A stretch of 63,567 bases of DNA, filler included, from Klebsormidium nitens (lineage: Eukaryota; Plantae; Klebsormidiophyceae): assembly GCA_000708835.1 (NCBI GenBank). It is 7 parts of 7 records of this genome, joined end to end, with 100 filler letters (N's around TTAATTAATTAA, not from the genome) between each part and the next. Parts side by side here need not be neighbours in the genome. Positions count along the whole stretch, not along the records: positions 61,274 to 63,567 come from DF238718.1; 6 more parts are not named here. One strand, 5' to 3'. Every line of letters starts with the position of its first letter. Position 1 is the stretch's first letter. A model generated the notes under the pieces. It was given only the letters and a program-made list of their open reading frames with translations, had not been told where the DNA came from and searched no databases. Of the stretch, positions 62,346 through 63,567 are shown piece by piece. The translations under genes and the position numbers were made by a program.

Positions 62346-63134
62346 TGAAAAAAATACAGACTTCTCCTTGCCTAAGGGCGCTCCAGGAAGCCGCTTCATG
62401 CTAGTTGGTGCTGTTTCACGCTGCGAACCGCTCTGACATTCCTCTGGAGAGTCTAGATGTTGCTTGTGCACAACCAACTTCAGATCTAATTTTGGTAGTG
62501 ACACTGGATTAACTAAGTTGAACTCTAAGTGAAGTTGTTGTCCGGAAGAAAGTTGAAGATATACAAATCTAAACATGCATGCAACGTTTAAAATTACGGA
62601 AATGCGGATTTACCACAGGCGATTTTTCGCAAACCTGGAAACTTCGATAATGTGGAAGGTGTTTCGAGTTCTAGCATTTTCGGGTTGTGGCTTTGGGTTT
62701 GTGGACACCTAGCGATTTCCCTCGGACCACCGGGGCGACGCAAATTCGATGATTTGAGAGATCCCGTGCAACGTCATTCCAAGAGCATTCATTCGACGAT
62801 TCAGCCTGACAGAGACTTGCAAGGAGTATCTAAGTAGCCCGCACTTATAGTAGATCAATTGGAACCCGATGAAGGGTGCGCGCGTAGAAACGCGCTCATA
62901 ATCGGTTCAGACTAGGTCCATCGAAAACATATCGTGGAATTACTATTTTGCGAGTTTCCGTGGTTTGCGGTATGCAGGGACTCTGGTTGACTTTCCGGAT
63001 AGAGGCTTAAAGCTAGAACCTTCTGTCGAGTTTTCGGTTCAAGTCGTGTCAGTATATTCGGGGTTTAAGGCCCAAAGACGGCCGGGGACCAGGTCTTTCT
63101 TCTTTAAGCGTTGGTGATTTTGACGTGGCTTTAC

Positions 63135-63567
63135 CCGGATGGCCGCAATTCTCGTCTGGAGGCTGGGGATGTGATCCCAGCAACATGCAAGACAACTTGG
63201 GGAAGTCATCACTTGAATGGGCGCCGAGTCAGATTTAAAATAGCTCTGACAAATACTAAAAGATTGAACGCTGTAAGTTGTAGGGTAGCTTCCAATAACA
63301 TTCGGAACTGATTTTCCGAGCCCATCTCGAAATTCTCATCATGGCTATAAATGGAAATGGCCTGATGCATTCTGGCGGCATAATTGTGGGTAAAACGTTG
63401 GTCCTATATATTGGGTATTCAAAGCCTGAGAAATGGTGACGCATGCTCAAGAAATGGCCGTGGCTAATGCATGGGGGGGGATGCCAAATGTAAGGCCTTT
63501 TGCATTGATGCAAGGAGCCGCAGATCAATGGCTCATGTCGAATGAAGATTCTCAGAAGGAGTCTGAT
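63135..63567 (+). pseudogene. Heavily decayed reading frame, family unknown
   Basis: One frame (GWPQFSSGGWG...HLEILIMAINGNGLMHSGGIIVGKTLVLYIGYSKPEKW*RMLKKWPWL) with seven stops and no frameshift. Confidence 0.25.

Noticed and set aside
62600-62900. Possible rRNA or organellar fragment
   Set aside because: No extended match to conserved rRNA or tRNA motifs that I could recognise; no RNA genes are called in this window.

Overview
Eukaryotic genomic window with short GT-AG introns and several assembly gaps. The source is probably a streptophyte green alga such as Klebsormidium; this is inferred from TTTTAGGG telomere-type repeats, a plant-type ALKBH9 and a copia primer site matching plant tRNA-iMet. 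It holds three recognisable host genes: the 3' end of DEAD-box helicase DDX54/DBP10 (+, ~0.4-2.0 kb), an ALKBH9-like RNA demethylase with very long disordered extensions (-, 13.6-19.9 kb) and mitochondrial dihydrolipoamide dehydrogenase (+, 21.7-24.8 kb). The most unusual locus is an intron-containing, uninterrupted (5'-incomplete) gene at 25.4-30.5 kb. It encodes a herpes UL9/giant-virus-type origin-binding SF2 helicase preceded by a primase-type C-H-C-C zinc finger. Two of its introns and its downstream spacer carry repeated 53-55 bp units with inverted GTACCA/TGGTAC arms around an AT-rich core. Next come a zinc-finger/basic-region/HPD chimeric ORF, a near-intact Ty1/copia retrotransposon primed by a half tRNA-iMet, a nest of MITE/foldback elements and an orphan multi-exon gene. 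Much of 2-13 kb and 43-52 kb is decayed gene/transposon debris with many in-frame TAG/TGA/TAA stops. The right end has a coiled-coil gene with in-frame TAGs, two orphan genes, a perfect 39-bp hairpin and telomere-like repeats. Family assignments come from recalled motifs; no database search was run.
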